From an uncultured Anaerolineaceae bacterium (lineage in GTDB: Bacteria > Chloroflexota > Anaerolineae > Anaerolineales > E44-bin32), in assembly GCA_964517315.1 (NCBI GenBank), contig CAZFCJ010000006.1, positions 1 through 58,628 on the forward strand: a stretch of DNA of 58,628 nucleotides. The letters run 5' to 3'. Positions 49,552 through 58,628 of this stretch are shown in pieces (within the stretch, counting starts at the first letter, position 1; each line of letters opens with the position of its first letter). Made by a program: the position numbers and the translations under genes. The notes below the pieces were generated by a model, which was not told where the DNA came from, made no database searches, and worked only from the letters and a program-made list of their open reading frames with translations.

Positions 49552-50355
49552 CTAGCTCCCCACCTTTTCGACGCTGCGCTGCAGGAGTTCGGTCACGTCG
49601 ATGGGCTCCGTTGTTTCCACGTCCCCGACGGGCTCTGCCGCCGAGGGCGAGGTTTCGATCTCGCCCGCCTCGACCCTCTCCTGAATCCAGTCCAGCAGCG
49701 CCTGACGATATTCATCGTGATAGGCTGAGGGATCCCATTCCTCCGTCATCGCCTCCACGAGTTGGGAGGCTAATTCCTCCTCCTTCTCTGTGATGTCGTA
49801 GGCCGAGGCGGATTCCTCCGGCAGATCGAATTCCTCGGGACTGCGCAGCTCTTGTCCATAGCGCATAAGAATCAGGAAGAGTGCCCTATCCTTTGGAACC
49901 AGCGCGGCCAGGTATTCGCGCGTGCGCACAACGACGCGCGCCACACCGACTTTTCCGTGCTTCTCCAGCGTTTCGCGCATGAGTACGTAGCTTTTCTCGC
50001 CCTTCGCCCGCGGAACGAGATAATAGGGCTTATCGAAGAAAATATCATCGATAGCATCGCGCGTTACGAAGCTTTCAATTTCCACCGCCTGTGTGGCCTC
50101 CGGCGCGGCCTTTTTAAAATCCTCGTCGGATAAGACAACATACTGGCCTTCGTCGTACTCGAAGCCTTTGACGATTTGATCCCAAGGAACTTCCTCACCG
50201 GTGATGTCGTTTACGCGCTGATAGCGGATACGCGCCTTGTCGCGGCTGTCGAGCATGTTGAAATCAAGATCGGTGTTGACCTCCGCCGAGTACAGGCTGA
50301 CAGGAATATTTACGAGTCCGAAGGCGATATGCCCCTTCCAAATCGCGCGCGGCAT
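49552..50355 (-). CDS. ku: Ku protein (NHEJ)
   Basis: RAIWKGHIAFGLVNIPV, IVKGFE, FDKPYYL, YHDEY. Confidence 0.96.
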   Translation of the reverse strand: MPRAIWKGHIAFGLVNIPVSLYSAEVNTDLDFNMLDSRDKARIRYQRVNDITGEEVPWDQIVKGFEYDEGQYVVLSDEDFKKAAPEATQAVEIESFVTRDAIDDIFFDKPYYLVPRAKGEKSYVLMRETLEKHGKVGVARVVVRTREYLAALVPKDRALFLILMRYGQELRSPEEFDLPEESASAYDITEKEEELASQLVEAMTEEWDPSAYHDEYRQALLDWIQERVEAGEIETSPSAAEPVGDVETTEPIDVTELLQRSVEKVGS

Positions 50356-51163
50356 AGATGTGGCTCCTCACTTGTGAAAGCGGCTCTCCCGTCCACCCAA
50401 TGGATCGCGCTGCCCATTTCCCAGAATCCTTGCTGAGGCCGGAAGCGATTCGGGCTGCTGACCTCAGCCACAGGCTCGATGCGTGATCCTGCCTCCCGAC
50501 GAATATCCGCCAGGGGACGCAGAGTGCTTAGAATGGCGACCGCTAAGATCATGGCGATTTCTGCTGGGAGCATCCCTTCCAAGCCCGAAACTGTCGCCAG
50601 AACTCGGATCAATAAAGATCACCCCATACAGAACCTTGATAGGAATACTTCCCTACACACTTTAGCGGTCCGGCCACCCAAATTGCATCGCACGCGGATA
50701 TAGCCCTGGATACAGTCCTGATACAGGATCGACGGCAGGATACCATCTGGCACTGGGGAGGAGAACCGTCACGCGGGGGCCTTCAGCTCGCCGGTCCAGG
50801 CGCCCATACGGCTGTTGGACAAAAGAAAGAATCGATCGCTGAACCCCTGTGAGCAGGTAACGATCATCGGTGCCACACTCGGGGTGCTCTAGATCGCCAC
50901 TTGAAACTCCTTCACCCAGCGGGTGAAGCCACACGATCCGCTCACAAACATCGCCTTGCCGAGTCCTATAGCGGAGTCATATGCATGCCCGTTCCAGACT
51001 CCGGCCAACGCGATCAGAACGACAAACTCCACCAGCCCACAGCTGGCGCCGACCCCATTCCCGGCCCAAGGGACATTCTGCTACCCTCGGTCTAAGCTCG
51101 ACCTTCCAACTGCTCAGGCGTGGAGCGTAAGTCGGACGCATCTACGGAGCCTGCACGCCCCAT

Positions 51164-51192
51164 TTGACTTCACTCGGACAAACTTATAGAAT
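51164..51192 (+). promoter_or_regulatory. Sigma70-type promoter of the sugar operon
   Basis: TTGACT (51164-51169), 17 nt, TAGAAT (51187-51192). Confidence 0.7.
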
Positions 51193-51216
51193 GTTGTTAT
51201 GACATCATTATAAGTT
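51181..51216. promoter_or_regulatory. Inverted-repeat operator overlapping -10/+1
   Basis: AACTTATA...TATAAGTT 8-bp arms enclosing ATGT..ACAT. Confidence 0.55.
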
Positions 51217-51334
51217 GGGTGGAGGCGACCTTCGGTCGGCGGGATCTTGGATCGGGGACCTCACCCCGCCAGTGGATCCTCCCCGCTCGGGTAGCGCACG
51301 GCCACCTGCTGGGGACGGGAGCCAGACGTAAGCC

Positions 51335-52378
51335 ATGAACGCTACAATCGGGGTTGGTTTGGTTGGCGCAGGCAGAGCCGGCAGGGTCCACGCCCAATCG
51401 CTCACCCAGCATGTTCCAGGCGCAAAACTGACAGCCGTGGTGGACGCCGACGCGGAAACATTGGACGCGTTCACCGCCGACTTCCCGGTCGAGGAAAGGC
51501 ACACCGAGCTGGAAGCCGCCCTCGACCGGGGTTCTTTCGACGCCGTCGTCATCACCACACCGACCTTCGCCCACAAGGATCTTGCGGTCGCCGCTGCCGA
51601 GGCCGGCAAGCACGTATTCCTCGAGAAGCCCATGGCGCTCGATCTCCAGGAATGCGACGAAATTATCGACGCCGTCGAGAAGAACGGCGTGCTGCTTCAA
51701 CTGGGCTTTATGCGGCGCTTTGACCCCGAATTCCAGGCCGCCGCCTCCCGGATTGAAGCCGGCGAGATCGGCCGACCTATGATGATCAAGTCCCTCACCC
51801 ATGGGCCAGGCCTGCCCCCGCCCTGGGCTCGCAGAATCGAAACCTCAAATGGTAACCTTGCCGAGGTCAACAGCCATGACTGGGACTGCACCCGCTGGCT
51901 GATGGGTTCCAATCCTCAGCGCGTTTATGTCGAGGTGGCCAACTTCAAAGGTGAGGCTCGCGGCGTCGAAGATGAGGGGTTCTACGACAACGCGCTCGTC
52001 AACATCCGCTTCGAAAGCGGTGGTCTGGGCAGCATCTCCGGCATCTGTCCCTGCGATTACGGCTACGACGCCCGGGTCGAGATCGTGGGCGAAAAGGGCA
52101 TCATGCAGATCGGTGAACTGCAGGGCCAGGCGGTCGTGGTCGGGGTGAACCGCGACGAGGGTCTCCGCACCCCGATCTACCGCACCTGGCCGGAACGCTT
52201 CGCCTGGGCCTACATTCGCGAGATGGAGCATTTCGTTGACTGTATCCGGAACGACAGGCAACCGGCGGTCGGTGGCGAGGACGGCCGCTGGGCTGTGGCC
52301 GGCGTTCTCGCTGGAACTCGATCCTTCCGCGAGGAGCGTCCCGTTCGATTGAAGGAGATCTTGGAGAAACCAGCCTAG
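51335..52378 (+). CDS. Gfo/Idh/MocA family oxidoreductase (inositol dehydrogenase-like)
   Basis: GAGRAG, TPTFAH, EKPMA, GFMRRFD, HDWD, YGYDARVE. Confidence 0.92.
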   Translation: MNATIGVGLVGAGRAGRVHAQSLTQHVPGAKLTAVVDADAETLDAFTADFPVEERHTELEAALDRGSFDAVVITTPTFAHKDLAVAAAEAGKHVFLEKPMALDLQECDEIIDAVEKNGVLLQLGFMRRFDPEFQAAASRIEAGEIGRPMMIKSLTHGPGLPPPWARRIETSNGNLAEVNSHDWDCTRWLMGSNPQRVYVEVANFKGEARGVEDEGFYDNALVNIRFESGGLGSISGICPCDYGYDARVEIVGEKGIMQIGELQGQAVVVGVNRDEGLRTPIYRTWPERFAWAYIREMEHFVDCIRNDRQPAVGGEDGRWAVAGVLAGTRSFREERPVRLKEILEKPA

Positions 52379-52392
52379 CCACCCGCCAGCCC

Positions 52393-53385
52393 ATGACTGA
52401 GCGTTCGCAGAAGATCAAAGGTCACCGGCTCATGGGGACCACGGGACCGATCCGGCTCCCCGAGACGGCGATTGCCGACGCCCACAATCATCTTTGGATT
52501 GACCCCGTCTCTGGCGCCGATCCCCAGGCTCCTGTGCTCAACAACGGAGAGCTCATTCGAGCAGGTCTCAAGGCCTTCCATCGATTGGGAGGATCGGCGG
52601 TCATGGACTGCCAGCCGGCGGGATGTGGCCGGAACGGATTCAAACTGCGCCAATTTTCCGATGAATGCGACGTGCACATCATCGCCTGCACTGGATTCCA
52701 CCTGCGGAAATACTATCCACCCGAGTATTGGCTCTTCCAGGCGGGCGTCGAGGAGGCGATCGAGTTCTTCCTCGATGAATTGAGGATCGGCCTGGTTGAG
52801 ACCCGCAGGGGCCGAAATCCGGTGCGGGCAGGCTTCATCAAAGTCGCCTGTGAGCGCTCGATCCCCGACTCGCCAATCGAGCTGCTGGAAGCCGGCGCGA
52901 GAGCGGCCCTGGAGGCGGGGGCGGCGGTCGCCATCCACACGGAGCGTGGCTCCGGGGCCAACGCCATCCTCACCCAGTTTGACCGCTTTGGCCTCCCCGC
53001 CAACCGCATCGTGCTCTGCCACATGGACAAGCGACCGGACGCTGGGCTCCATCGCGAACTCGCCGATCGGGGCGCGTTGCTGGAATATGACACCTTCTTC
53101 CGACCCAAGTATGAGCCAGAGAAGAACGTTTGGCCCCTGCTCGAGGAGTTGGCGGTGGACGGTTACTCGAACAGGATCGCGCTGGCGACCGATATGGCTG
53201 AGGCGGAGATGTGGCGAGAGGGGAAGTTCGGCTCGCACCTGACGGGGTTGATCACGGTCGTCAAGCCCAAGCTGGAGTCGATCGGTTTCAACCACGACGA
53301 TTTGCGTTCTCTGCTAGGCGGAAATATCATCGCGCGCCTCGCGCTCTACGCTGAGACGGAACTCGGAGACCTGGAGGAGCACTGA
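52393..53385 (+). CDS. Phosphotriesterase-family amidohydrolase (possible lactonase)
   Basis: HNH, GRN, CTGFH, GFIK, IHT, CHMD, ATD metal ligands. Confidence 0.85.
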   Translation: MTERSQKIKGHRLMGTTGPIRLPETAIADAHNHLWIDPVSGADPQAPVLNNGELIRAGLKAFHRLGGSAVMDCQPAGCGRNGFKLRQFSDECDVHIIACTGFHLRKYYPPEYWLFQAGVEEAIEFFLDELRIGLVETRRGRNPVRAGFIKVACERSIPDSPIELLEAGARAALEAGAAVAIHTERGSGANAILTQFDRFGLPANRIVLCHMDKRPDAGLHRELADRGALLEYDTFFRPKYEPEKNVWPLLEELAVDGYSNRIALATDMAEAEMWREGKFGSHLTGLITVVKPKLESIGFNHDDLRSLLGGNIIARLALYAETELGDLEEH

Positions 53386-53388
53386 TCG

Positions 53389-53976
53389 ATGAGCTCTCAG
53401 CCCTACACTTTTGAGGTTTCGGTGAAAGACAAGAACTTGAGCGAATACGACAACCACATTGAACGCCATCTCTCGGCGATGGAGGGCCAGTTCGCAGATG
53501 CTGAGGCCTATCAGCGCATGCTGAATCAGGGCGACCCGATCCTTTACGAGGTCTATGAACTCGAGCGCCCGGCCGTCGCGGGCGAAATACGGCATGGGCT
53601 CTCCGTCGTTCATCCCGGCACCGTCGGCGACGAGTTTTTCATGACCAAAGGACACTTCCACAAAGTGCTTGACACATCGGAGATTTACTACTGCCTCCGC
53701 GGCCAGGGGATGATGGTCATGGAGACCCCGGAGGGCGACTCGTCGGTCGAGCCGCTGAAGCCGGGATCGGTGCTTTACGTTCCGCCGCGGTGGGCTCACC
53801 GGTCAGTGAACACCGCGCTCGAGGAGTCCTTGGTGACCCTGTTCGCCTATCCCAGCAACGCCGGTCACGACTACGGGTCCATCGAGAAGCAGGGGTTTCG
53901 AAAGCTCGTACTGCGCAAGAACGGCAAGCCCGAAATCGTCGACAACCCCCATTGGCTGCCACCGGAGAGCCGCTAG
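53389..53976 (+). CDS. Cupin-type (archaeal-type) glucose-6-phosphate isomerase family
   Basis: PGTVGDEFFMTKGHFH, EIYY, YVPPRWAHRSVNT, AGHDYG. Confidence 0.9.
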   Translation: MSSQPYTFEVSVKDKNLSEYDNHIERHLSAMEGQFADAEAYQRMLNQGDPILYEVYELERPAVAGEIRHGLSVVHPGTVGDEFFMTKGHFHKVLDTSEIYYCLRGQGMMVMETPEGDSSVEPLKPGSVLYVPPRWAHRSVNTALEESLVTLFAYPSNAGHDYGSIEKQGFRKLVLRKNGKPEIVDNPHWLPPESR

Positions 53977-54945
53977 ATGGTGGATCTCGGCGAGTGCCGG
54001 GTTCTTGTGACGCCGACGTCCTTCGCTCGCCACGACCGAAGCCTACGGGAGCACCTCGAATCGCGAGTCCGCCAGGCGGTCTACAATGAAGAAGGTCGGC
54101 CCCTGACCTCGGAGGAGCTGGTGGAGCTGATACCCGATTTCGATGGCTTCATCGCGGGTCTTGACGCGATTGACCGCCCGGTCATCGAGGCGGCCGAGCG
54201 GCTGAAAGTGATCGCCCGTTATGGCACCGGAGTCGACAACGTGGATCTGAAAGCGGCTCAAGAGCGCGGGGTCGTCGTCTGCAACACCCCCGGCGCCAAC
54301 GCCGATTCCGTCGCCGAGCTGGCGATCGGGCTCATGTTCGCGCTGGCGAGACATATTTGCCGCGCATCGGCGGCCACCAAGTCCGGTGAATGGCCGCGGA
54401 TGGACGGCAGATTGCTCGGCGGGAAAACGGTCGGGTTGATCGGATTCGGCAGGATTGGGACCTCCGTCGCCCGACGGCTGCAGGGCTTCGACTGTCGTCT
54501 GCTGGCCTACGACCCTTACCCGCAGGAGGAACGGGCGAATGAGCTCAACGTCGGCCTGCTGCCACAGGAGCAAGTGCTCCGGCAGTCCGATTTCATCTCG
54601 CTGCACTGCCCGCTGACGGAGGAGACCCACGGTCTGGTCGACGCCGATTTTTTGGCCACCTTGAAGAGAGGGGCCTACTTGATCAACACCGCCCGCGGCG
54701 AACTGATCGTCGAAGCCGCCTTGGCCGACGCCCTTCGCCGCGGCCACCTGGCCGGAGCTGCGCTGGACGCATTCAAGCGGCAGCCCCCCACGCTGCCCCA
54801 CCCTCTCCTTGAATTGCCGCACGTGATCGCCACCCCGCACATGGGTTCGCATACGGACGGAGCGGTGAACGCGATGGGATGGGCCGCGCTCCACGACTGC
54901 CTGGCCGTTTTGCGCGGCGAGGAGCCCAGCCACCCGGTCGTCTGA
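53977..54945 (+). CDS. D-2-hydroxyacid/phosphoglycerate dehydrogenase family
   Basis: GTGVDNVD, GFGRIG, INTARG, TPHMG. Confidence 0.92.
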   Translation: MVDLGECRVLVTPTSFARHDRSLREHLESRVRQAVYNEEGRPLTSEELVELIPDFDGFIAGLDAIDRPVIEAAERLKVIARYGTGVDNVDLKAAQERGVVVCNTPGANADSVAELAIGLMFALARHICRASAATKSGEWPRMDGRLLGGKTVGLIGFGRIGTSVARRLQGFDCRLLAYDPYPQEERANELNVGLLPQEQVLRQSDFISLHCPLTEETHGLVDADFLATLKRGAYLINTARGELIVEAALADALRRGHLAGAALDAFKRQPPTLPHPLLELPHVIATPHMGSHTDGAVNAMGWAALHDCLAVLRGEEPSHPVV

Positions 54946-54960
54946 GACATGGGGACTTCG

Positions 54961-55611
54961 ATGGATAAACTCGAAACGATGTCTCGCATTTCGGACCTGG
55001 GTGTGATCGCGGTGATCCGGGGACCCTCGGTTGAGCTCACAATGAAGATGGTCGAAGCCCTTGTCGAGGGCGGCGTCCGCGGCATCGAAATTACCTACAG
55101 CACCCCGAACGCTGCCGATGTCGTCCGCGACCTCCGACGCGCCTACGGCGAGGAGATCGTGTTGGGAATGGGAACGCTGACGGCGCCTGCCCATGCGAGC
55201 GAGGCGCTTGAGGCTGGAGCCTCTTTCATCGTCAGCCCGCACACGGAGGAGCCACTTGCCGCCGCGATGAGGGATACGGGTCTCGTCGTCATGATGGGCG
55301 CGCTCACCCCCTCCGAGATTATGCGCTCGCTACAGCTCGGGTCGGACGTGGTCAAGCTCTTTCCCGGTTCGCAATTCGGTCCGGATTATTTGCTCGCCCT
55401 GCGCGGCCCCTATCCCGAATTACCGGTGATGCCGACCGGGGGAGTCGACCTGGACAATCTCCCTTCGTGGTTTGAGGCAGGCGCCTTCGCCGTCGGAGCT
55501 GGGAGCTCGCTGTGCCCCCGTTCATGGGCAGAGCAGGGACGCTTTAATGACATCTCACGCCGCGCCGAGGACTTCATTGAACTTCTCGGGCGCGTGCGCG
55601 CTTCAACCTAG
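54961..55611 (+). CDS. eda: KDPG/KHG aldolase
   Basis: AVIR, IEIT, GMGT, IVSP, TPSE, KLFPG, PTGGV. Confidence 0.88.
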   Translation: MDKLETMSRISDLGVIAVIRGPSVELTMKMVEALVEGGVRGIEITYSTPNAADVVRDLRRAYGEEIVLGMGTLTAPAHASEALEAGASFIVSPHTEEPLAAAMRDTGLVVMMGALTPSEIMRSLQLGSDVVKLFPGSQFGPDYLLALRGPYPELPVMPTGGVDLDNLPSWFEAGAFAVGAGSSLCPRSWAEQGRFNDISRRAEDFIELLGRVRAST

Positions 55612-55679
55612 GAAGAACGGAATCGCGGACATGGCAACGGAAGGTCCCCACAGCCTGACAGACGGAGGAAAGCCCATCG

Positions 55680-56672
55680 ATGCCTGACAGCCAATCCCCG
55701 GGGGAGTACCGGGTTGTCGAGAATTCCCGGCCGACCTTCTACTTCATCGGCGTGACCACCGGTCAGTCTTCGATCATGAACGTGTTTCCCCGCTGGATGG
55801 AGGCCTTGGATCAGTCTGAGATCATCATGGAAGGAGTCGATCACGAGCTTCATGATGATCCCGATGCCTATCGCCAATCGGTCGCTCAAATCAAGTTCGA
55901 CCCTCTCTCACTGGGCGCCCTGGTCACCACCCACAAGATTGATGTGCTCGAGGCCGCCCGCGACATGTTCGACATCCTTCACTCATCCGCGAAAATCACG
56001 GGTGAAGTCTCGTGCATTTCCAAGCGCAATGGGCGGCTTGTCGGTCACGCCAAAGATCCTCTGACCGGGGGCATGAGCCTGGACGCGATTCTGGGGGAGC
56101 GATACTTCGCCAGAACCGGCGGCCACGTGATGAACATCGGCGCCGGTGGATCCGGCAAAGCCATCGCCCTTCACCTGATCCAGAAAGAGGCGAACGACGA
56201 TCGGCCGGAGCGCTTCATCATGATCAACCGCTCCCGCCCTCGTCTGGACGACGTCAGGCAGATGGTGGAGGACTTGGGGACGGACATCGAGTTCGAATAC
56301 GTCCTGAACGAGGACCCGCGCCGCAACGACGAGATCATGGGGGACCTTCCCGATGGCAGCATCGTCATCAACGCGACCGGCTTGGGCAAAGACCGACCGG
56401 GCTCACCCATCAGCGACGAGGGGGTGTTCCCGGAGAACGGGGTCGCGTGGGAGATCAACTATCGCGGGGAACTCGACTTCTGGCATCAGGCGAAGGCTCA
56501 AGAGGAAAGCCGCCATCTGACGGTGGAAGACGGTTGGCTTTACTTCCTGCACGGGTGGACACAGCACATCGCGGAGGTCCTGCATATCGAGATCGACGAC
56601 GAGGCGTTTGCCGAGCTGGCCGGCATTGCGGAAACCTTGCGCCCTCCCCTCGTTTACGAGCCCTCGGAATAG
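55680..56672 (+). CDS. Shikimate dehydrogenase-like protein
   Basis: LVTTHK, GAGGSG, INRS, INATGLG; divergent N-terminus FIGVTTGQSSI. Confidence 0.75.
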   Translation: MPDSQSPGEYRVVENSRPTFYFIGVTTGQSSIMNVFPRWMEALDQSEIIMEGVDHELHDDPDAYRQSVAQIKFDPLSLGALVTTHKIDVLEAARDMFDILHSSAKITGEVSCISKRNGRLVGHAKDPLTGGMSLDAILGERYFARTGGHVMNIGAGGSGKAIALHLIQKEANDDRPERFIMINRSRPRLDDVRQMVEDLGTDIEFEYVLNEDPRRNDEIMGDLPDGSIVINATGLGKDRPGSPISDEGVFPENGVAWEINYRGELDFWHQAKAQEESRHLTVEDGWLYFLHGWTQHIAEVLHIEIDDEAFAELAGIAETLRPPLVYEPSE

Positions 56673-56714
56673 ATAAAGGCGGGACACCGGCTATGCTGGA
56701 CCGGAGGTGAGGCA

Positions 56715-57590
56715 TTGAACGGCGTCGGCATCTACTACGCATTCTGGACCCAGGATTGGGACGCTGACTTCCATCCCTTTGTTGACAAGGTCGCCGATCT
56801 CGGCTTCGACCTTCTGGAGGTCAATGCCGGCTCGATCGGCCGCATGTCCTCCGGGGAGCGGCGCGCACTCAAATCTCACGCCGATGACCGAGGGATCGAG
56901 CTGAGCTACTGCGTCGGCCTGCCCCCTAAATACGACGTCGCCTCGGAATCCCGGCAGGCGCGTGAAGCCGGGGTTGAATTCCTACGGCGAATGGCGGACG
57001 GCATCGGCGAGATGGGGGGCGGCATCCTGGGCGGCATCATCTACGGTAGCTGGCCAGCCTCCCTCCCGGCCGGCCAAGAGGATCGGCGCCCCTTCGTAAA
57101 CCGCAGTCTTCAGAGCATGAGACGGGCCGTCAACGCTGCCGAGCAAAACGACGTGACCTTGTGTTTGGAGGTGGTCAATCGCTTTGAGCATTTCATCATG
57201 AACACTGCCGAGGAGGGGATCGAGTACCTCGAGGCCCTCGACAGCCCCAACGCTAAGCTTCTTCTTGACACCTTCCACATGAACATCGAGGAGAGCTCCA
57301 TGGCGGCGGCTATTGAGCTGGCGGAAGATCATCTCGGGCATCTTCACATCGGCGAAAACAACCGCATGCCGCCAGGTTATGGCCACATCCCTTGGCAGGA
57401 GTTGGCCTCCGCCCTCAAAGAAGTGGGCTATCAGGGGCACGTGGTTATGGAACCTTTCATCAAGCCGGGCGGCCAGGTGGGAAGGGATATTCGGGTCCAC
57501 CGGGACCTGGGTCCGGACATGGACCTGGATCGTGAGGCGGAAAAGGCGCTCGGCCGCATGCGACGGCTCCTCGGTCCGGAGGTCGCTTGA
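56715..57590 (+). CDS. Ketose 3-epimerase (D-psicose/D-tagatose 3-epimerase family)
   Basis: GIYYAFW, EVVNRFE, LDTFHMNIEE, HIGENNR, MEPF metal/catalytic residues; TTG start with GGAGGTGA. Confidence 0.85.
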   Translation: MNGVGIYYAFWTQDWDADFHPFVDKVADLGFDLLEVNAGSIGRMSSGERRALKSHADDRGIELSYCVGLPPKYDVASESRQAREAGVEFLRRMADGIGEMGGGILGGIIYGSWPASLPAGQEDRRPFVNRSLQSMRRAVNAAEQNDVTLCLEVVNRFEHFIMNTAEEGIEYLEALDSPNAKLLLDTFHMNIEESSMAAAIELAEDHLGHLHIGENNRMPPGYGHIPWQELASALKEVGYQGHVVMEPFIKPGGQVGRDIRVHRDLGPDMDLDREAEKALGRMRRLLGPEVA

Positions 57591-57963
57591 ACTCGCGCTT
57601 GGGCCGAGGGGCGTCTGTGGGTGAGCAACCTGAACGACCAGTCTGAGCACCCCAGCGCGGCTGCACCGATGCTTCTTATAGAGGCTCGAGGGGCTGCCGT
57701 CCAGACTCAACGCCGAGCTGGGGAGATCATCGCCCGCGTCCGAGATCAGGTGGAGCGCGGCGCGAGTTAACTGCTGCGCCTGGCGAACGCAGCCGGCCGG
57801 CGCTCGGACGGACGGCTCAGCCCGCCGATCTGCCCTTCGCTGCGGAACGCCGGAAGGAGCTGACGGATCTCGCGCCAGAACACATTCGACAGTGGATCAA
57901 TAGCCCAGCTTCGACGACGGCGGCGGCGACTCGACCGCAAAAACGGCCGATGGGACGGCCCGA

Positions 57964-58626
57964 TCAATCCTCGGCGGCCCATTCGGGCAGCCCCGCCAGC
58001 GAGTCGAACGCAGGCTTGGCCGACTCAAATAGACCCACGTATTCCTCCGCGAGCGGCCGATAGAACTGGTGGTTTTCCATATGGGGCTCGGTGCGGTCCG
58101 TCGTCTGGGTAAAGCGTTCAGCCGTGGACGCCAAATCATCGAATTCTCCAACCGCATAGCCAGCGAGAATCGCGGATCCCAGGACCCCGAACTCGCTCCG
58201 ATTCAGCCGGACATACGGCACGCCCAGGATGTCGGCCTTGATCTGGTTCCATAGGCTGCTCTTGGCGCCGCCCCCGATCACTCTTGTCTCACGCACATCG
58301 AGTTCGGGCAGCAAATCGCGAACGATGTCCAAATAATAGGCGTACTCGTAGCCAACGCCCTCCAACATCGCCCGGTACAGGTGCTCCTTCTTGTGGGACC
58401 AATTCAGGCCCACGTACAGACCGCGAGTGTTGGGATCGCTGGGACAAACGCGGCCGCCAAGGTGGGGTTGAAAGATGAGCTTCTCCGAACCCGGAGGTAC
58501 TTCGGCCGCCATCCGGTCGAGCCACTCGTAGGGACTGACACCCTCGCTCTCCGCCTCCTCCCGCTCCTGGTCTGCCACCTCATCCCTGAACCAACGCAGG
58601 TTAAGCCCGCCTCCATTGATATAGGC
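57964..58626 (-). CDS. FGGY-family carbohydrate kinase (xylulokinase-like), 5' end outside window
   Basis: GGLNLRWFRD, PHLGGR, RAMLEGV, GGGAKSSLWNQIKADILG; frame open to the window edge. Confidence 0.9.
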   Translation of the reverse strand, partial: AYINGGGLNLRWFRDEVADQEREEAESEGVSPYEWLDRMAAEVPPGSEKLIFQPHLGGRVCPSDPNTRGLYVGLNWSHKKEHLYRAMLEGVGYEYAYYLDIVRDLLPELDVRETRVIGGGAKSSLWNQIKADILGVPYVRLNRSEFGVLGSAILAGYAVGEFDDLASTAERFTQTTDRTEPHMENHQFYRPLAEEYVGLFESAKPAFDSLAGLPEWAAED

Positions 58627-58628
58627 CA

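Noticed and set aside
54043-55242. 399-aa minus-strand ORF and similar long antisense ORFs (3134..4042, 52375..53295, 56982..57710, 48473..49201)
   Set aside because: Shadow frames of well-supported genes in GC-rich DNA, with no recognisable motifs
1-58628. CRISPR arrays, rRNA/tRNA, IS elements, prophage or defence genes
   Set aside because: No regularly spaced repeats, RNA-gene signatures, transposase/integrase or phage motifs seen by eye

Overview
GC-rich bacterial window. Gene content and lipoprotein style suggest Chloroflexota/Anaerolineae, but that is inference only. I found no rRNA, tRNA, CRISPR array, integrase or transposase. There are three blocks. (1) 1-9437: a Tat-lipoprotein peptide-binding protein with unusual domain order, an AsnC regulator and a TPR protein. 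These are followed by an operon whose first gene is probably a selenoprotein missed by the ORF track: an AhpD-like CxxU domain fused to a cysteine-less thioredoxin fold and a DipZ-like C-terminus. The operon continues with two MFS transporters and an inactive/active aminotransferase pair. (2) About 9.8-50.4 kb: a general-stress/desiccation island with a cox remnant, PRC barrels, a group-2-like sigma factor, TreS/GH15, CsbD, YtxH, GlsB, YihY, AI-2E, ChaB, YciF, Nramp, VKOR and Ku/LigD. Many of its promoters share a GATCTAT-N22-TAnnnT architecture. It also encodes a PAS kinase, a UvrY/GacA-like regulator, a perfect GacA-type box and two pseudo-receiver LuxR regulators, which together look like a self-contained stress cascade. 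(3) 51.2 kb to the end: an uncharacterised rare-sugar catabolic operon and a partial FGGY kinase. All family assignments come from motif recognition by eye; no database search was run.
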